From: Spongospora subterranea f. sp. subterranea
Taxonomy: Eukaryota
Length of the DNA: 36,208 bases
Assembly (NCBI GenBank): GCA_049724395.1
Contig: JAUGWO010000144.1
Span: forward strand, 62,001-98,208
Reading direction: 5' to 3'
The translations under genes were made by a program, and so were the position numbers. The notes under the pieces are model-generated. The model did no database searches. It saw only the letters and a program-made list of their open reading frames with translations, and was not told where the DNA came from. This document shows, one piece after another, positions 35,314 through 36,208 of the stretch; the stretch's first letter is position 1, and each line of letters begins with the position of its first letter.

Positions 35314-36208
35314 TCAAATAGAGTCCATTGAGAACTTGGGGTCCAACTCCGTTAGACGCGACCTCATTGCTTTGATTATGACGTTCTTTTTCGTGACGAT
35401 TTTTTTGAGCTCTTGAAACTGAGGCGTCAACGAAACCTTTGTATCTAACGATTTTTTGCAGTCGGCTAACTCACTTCGCAATTCATGCAGTTGAGCCTAA
35501 AGGAAAGAATCAATGATCGATGAAACTCAATGATTCATTTTGGCCAGACTCGAAGTTGTGCAACCTCAGCTGACGCGGCGCCAGCCGTGTTCTCGTCTTT
35601 GTAGATCTGAATTGCGACCTCATTCCTTACTTGTTCTTGCAGCGTCGTATTGCTTTGTGTAAGATTAGACAGCTAAACACAGAAGAAGATAAATTGATCC
35701 CGGAACTCGATTCGGAAATCGGTTGAACCTAAGTTTGCATCGTCTCTAATCGATAACAATATCAAGAATTTCGTTCTCATCGGTCAATTCTTTGATCTTC
35801 ATGACCAAGGCCAGTATCGACCGTGGCACCACCAATGGCTCCAAGCCTGTTTTTGAAAGCTAACATTCCTTAAATGGAATGATTGATAGCCAAAAATAAT
35901 CAATACTGACCGAAGGAAGACTATTTAGCAGATTGACGGTATTGTCTTTCACAGTTTCTGACCCGATTTTGTTCGATGTCCCTTTAATAATACTCTGGAT
36001 AGCGAATCAGCAAATATCATTCATCCAAGTGTTCCGTTCTTCGTCGTCGAGTTTCGACGTCTGGACACGCAACTGGATGCGCTGCCCTTCCGCCTGTAAA
36101 AATAGCTGTCTAAGAACGAGGACGCTTGTCCGACTAAAGTTGTCGAGTTCATCGCCAATATTGCTGTTCAGTAATATACGCAAACCCTCGAATATATCCA
36201 CCACATCC
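35314..36208 (-). pseudogene. LZTFL1: LZTFL1/BBS17 (BBSome regulator) homolog, 5' end outside the window, with apparent disablements
   Basis: DIFEGLR..ELDNFSRTSVLVLRQLFLQAE..TSKLDD and KVSLTPQFQELKKIVTKKNVIIKAMRSRLTELDP match remembered LZTFL1 motifs (NVLLLRQLFAQAE; KEILTKKNDQIKDLRKRL). In-frame stops at 36007 and 35746/35729. Confidence 0.75.

Overview
Eukaryotic genomic DNA of roughly 45% GC with short (about 45-66 nt) GT-AG introns. An LZTFL1/BBS17 homolog suggests a flagellated or zoosporic microbial eukaryote; the taxon cannot be determined from this window. Host genes: the 3' end of an RS-domain protein (+), a CG-1 (CAMTA-type) DNA-binding protein (-), splicing factor SF3B3/Rse1 (-), a secreted mucin with 14-aa repeats ending in a Spondin_N domain (-), an orphaned C2H2 zinc-finger 3' end (+), a small Cys/His HIRAN-like gene split by a solo LTR (+) and a damaged LZTFL1 (-). 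About half the window is nested transposon debris: two related IS630-Tc1-mariner elements (one TIR-complete with the catalytic core deleted, one near-intact DD116E), a MITE with an internal minisatellite, a Copia carrying a scrambled Penelope-like insert, a Mutator-like element, a pogo element and several Gypsy fragments. The most notable signals are: DNA transposases apparently fused to deubiquitinase-like domains (MULE + USP-like peptidase + PARP-type Zn finger; pogo + pseudo-OTU); a Gypsy element with an in-frame gag UGA followed by a GC stem-loop, and with a leader that pairs with its own LTR instead of a tRNA PBS; recurrent fold-back duplications; and the mucin-Spondin_N adhesin candidate. 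All domain calls come from motif recognition by eye, not from database searches.
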